57,936 bases of DNA from Nitrospinales bacterium (GTDB taxonomy: Bacteria; Nitrospinota_A; UBA7883; JACRGQ01), in assembly GCA_023248535.1 (NCBI GenBank), contig JAHFEJ010000009.1:1-57936 (forward strand). Reading direction: 5' to 3'. The notes beneath the pieces were generated by a model. That model saw only the letters and a list, made by a program, of their open reading frames with translations, was not told where the DNA came from and did not search any database. Below are positions 56,901 to 57,936 of this stretch, in pieces; the first letter of the stretch is position 1, and every line of letters starts with the position of its first letter. A program made the translations under genes and the position numbers.

Positions 56901-57936
56901 AGGCGTTTTTCGATTCGCTGGAAAACCTGGATGCGGCCGAATACGCGCGGCGCCAGTGGCGGCAAACCGTCCGCCGTAACGGTCACAACCGGAAACTGTA
57001 CATTCCCTGGATGTGCGATCACTCATATTCCATGGCGGCGGCGTTTCAGCACTACGGCGTGGACGCCGAGGTGCTGCCGAAGACCGATGCCGCGTCACTT
57101 GAGGTGGGGCGCCGTTTCAGCACCGGCAAGGAATGTATCCCCTACACCTTGGTGGCGGGAGACGTGTTGAAAAAAGCGCTGGAAAAAGGGTTTGATCCTG
57201 CTGCGGCATCTTTTCTCATTCCAACCACCGAAGGTCCTTGCCGTCTGGGGCAATATCAGGGGGTGCTTAGGATACAGTTGGATCGATTGGGGCATATCGA
57301 CGCGCGGCTGATGGCCCCTTCGGCGGAAGGAAATTACGGGGGCTTTGAGGGGGTGGGACGCAATTTCAAAAGAATGGTCTGGCGCGGCATCGTGGCGACG
57401 GACATTCTCATCAAGTTGGTTCATGAAACCAGGCCGTATGAGCTGGCTCCCGGAGCCACCGACAAGGCGTATCAGCAGGGGCTTGATATCGTCCTGAAAT
57501 CGGTACGGGGGGGGGCGAAAGACATCTTTGAACGCATGCACGATATACGCACGATCTTCCGCGCTGTTCCAGTTGATAAAACCGTGCGCAGACCTATTGT
57601 CGGCGTTGTGGGGGAAATTTATGTGCGGTTGCATACCTACAGCAACGGGAATATCATTCGCCGTATCGAGGAGATGGGCGGGGAAGCGTGGCTTGCGCCG
57701 TTGGGAGAATGGTTTTTTTACTGCACTGACCGCTTTATCGCTAAAAGCCGGCGTGACGGCAAAATCTTGGGGTTGCTTTCGGGCATGATGCTCAACGGCA
57801 TAAAGCATCGGGACGAAAAAAAAATGATGGCGCCGTTTAAAGACGATTTGCTAAACTGGCGCGAGCCGTCTACGCCGGAAGTGCTGGCACGTTCCGCACC
57901 GTATATTGACGAGTCATTCGAGGGTGAAGCGACGCT
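53990..57936 (+). CDS. tandem BcrAD/BadFG/HgdC-type ATPase (CoA-enzyme activase) fused to a DUF2229/2-hydroxyacyl-CoA-dehydratase-like domain; 3' end lies outside the window
   Basis: Absent from the ORF track because no stop is reached. GGAGG plus GTG 53990, with the frame open to 57936 (checked at several points). Two actin-fold ATPase units ('LGIDIGSISVKA...EMGGQDSK...VCAAGTGSFLDQQA' and 'IGIDIGSLSTNV...EIGGQDSKY...VCAAGTGSFIEEQA') are followed by 'LPRVLTMYESFPFWRSFF...ETCFPIKIIHGH'. Confidence 0.85.
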   Translation, partial: MKKLFLGIDIGSISVKAILLDEEHNVHANIYRRMFGKPLPVLAEILKDLRARHPGVAIEACGATGTGGELAASLIGGAFYNEVVAQSRAIAHLHPEVRTVIEMGGQDSKLMIMKPDTIRGSVLEDFAMNTVCAAGTGSFLDQQATRLGCPIDKEFGELALKSKNPARVAGRCSVFAKSDMIHLQQIGTPKIDIIAGLCHAVARSFKSNIARGKKMEAPIAFVGGVASNSGVVKAFESELELADGALIIPDLHNVTGAFGAALNVMDEGRRAEFLWERPVEEYLRVRQAVEGAMDPLHDGNGYGYDIGVHPVQPGAAVYIGIDIGSLSTNVVAIDEQFRVVARRYLRTSGQPIQMVTQGLLEIGGEIAESVIVKGVGATGSGRYMIGDFAGADAVRNEITAQATAAVHFVPDVESIFEIGGQDSKYIAIKDGAVVDFEMNKVCAAGTGSFIEEQAERLGLDIKKDFSDAAFSAPRPGKFGERCTVFIESDLVANQQKGSPAADLAAGLAYSIVKNYLSVVGDRIIGSKVLFQGGVAWNRAVVAAFGAVTGKKIHVPPHHDCTGAVGAAIIAARYMRNRPGIKTRFKGFDLRGRSYKVTSFECKACDNVCDVSRVKFVDEPAHYYGARCELFEKDAKKADNGLPDLFAERDKLCFGPYLEKKKPVGDGRLAIGLPRVLTMYESFPFWRSFFEELGADIILSGKTNQQVVRDSVEHITAETCFPIKIIHGHVVELVNKGANVIFMPSILTMSPKGTSKFKNSQMCPLVQANSYLVKNSMDLKAQGVELWEPVISFQRGDDTVARELAALGRRLGASADKVAAAVRAARAAQGAFYAALRARGREVLGDLKEERQAVVMISRPYNGCDSGINMDLPRKLKDMGKIAIPVDMLELSEDAVYENNPSMYWRSGQRLQAAAEVVRKNPKLNAIYISNFKCGPDSFITYHVQQQMMGKPYLHLEVDEHSADAGAITRCEAFFDSLENLDAAEYARRQWRQTVRRNGHNRKLYIPWMCDHSYSMAAAFQHYGVDAEVLPKTDAASLEVGRRFSTGKECIPYTLVAGDVLKKALEKGFDPAAASFLIPTTEGPCRLGQYQGVLRIQLDRLGHIDARLMAPSAEGNYGGFEGVGRNFKRMVWRGIVATDILIKLVHETRPYELAPGATDKAYQQGLDIVLKSVRGGAKDIFERMHDIRTIFRAVPVDKTVRRPIVGVVGEIYVRLHTYSNGNIIRRIEEMGGEAWLAPLGEWFFYCTDRFIAKSRRDGKILGLLSGMMLNGIKHRDEKKMMAPFKDDLLNWREPSTPEVLARSAPYIDESFEGEAT

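Noticed and set aside
54506-57808. Three long minus-strand ORFs (54506-55852, 56084-57022, 57095-57808)
   Set aside because: All are antisense to the open + frame that encodes textbook BcrAD-type ATPase and DUF2229 motifs. They appear in the track only because the real gene lacks a stop within the window.
57816-57824. A9 homopolymer (and T8 at 50470-50477) as potential slippage or frameshift sites
   Set aside because: Both lie within coding sequence, and the reading frame with the conserved motifs continues uninterrupted across them ('DEKKMM'; 'DRCFFCKGE'). This is unlike the T9 run at 9764-9772.

Overview
This is a 57.9-kb, densely packed chromosomal segment from a GC-rich bacterium. Hand counts on typical 60-nt lines give about 55-70 % GC. 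The organism looks diderm and probably anaerobic: it encodes a 2-oxoacid:ferredoxin oxidoreductase, a nine-haem c-type cytochrome, a BcrAD/HgdC-type activase fusion, a LolA-like carrier and beta-barrel proteins. I can support about 55 protein genes, most on the + strand, one tRNA-Lys(UUU), four intrinsic-terminator-like hairpins and a few operator-like palindromes. Most of the content is housekeeping: recR, hsp20-lon, pyk, pgi, priA, surE, ogt-aroA, ilvE, hrcA-grpE, rsmI, fabD-fabG, def and zur-znuCB. I see no rRNA, CRISPR array, transposase, integrase, reverse transcriptase or recognisable defence or toxin-antitoxin module, and I cannot honestly name one clear-cut new system. The candidates most worth following up are these. 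(1) A tight four-gene envelope module at 23-4059: a MacB/LolC-type permease, a LolA-like protein, a DUF1302-like barrel and an ATPase. (2) A fused-subunit oxidoreductase apparently co-transcribed with a membrane-anchored modular nine-haem cytochrome (10874-15479). (3) A stand-alone PtxD-like (phosphite dehydrogenase-like) gene lying divergent to a receiver-DHp protein that lacks an ATPase domain, with a perfect palindrome between them (51027-52864). (4) A cluster of three lipoprotein glycan-active genes (6317-10036) that includes an AT-rich gene, a duplicated signal-peptide DNA segment and a poly-T frameshifted, truncated Spherulin-4-like remnant. All functional calls come from motif recognition by eye; no searches were run.
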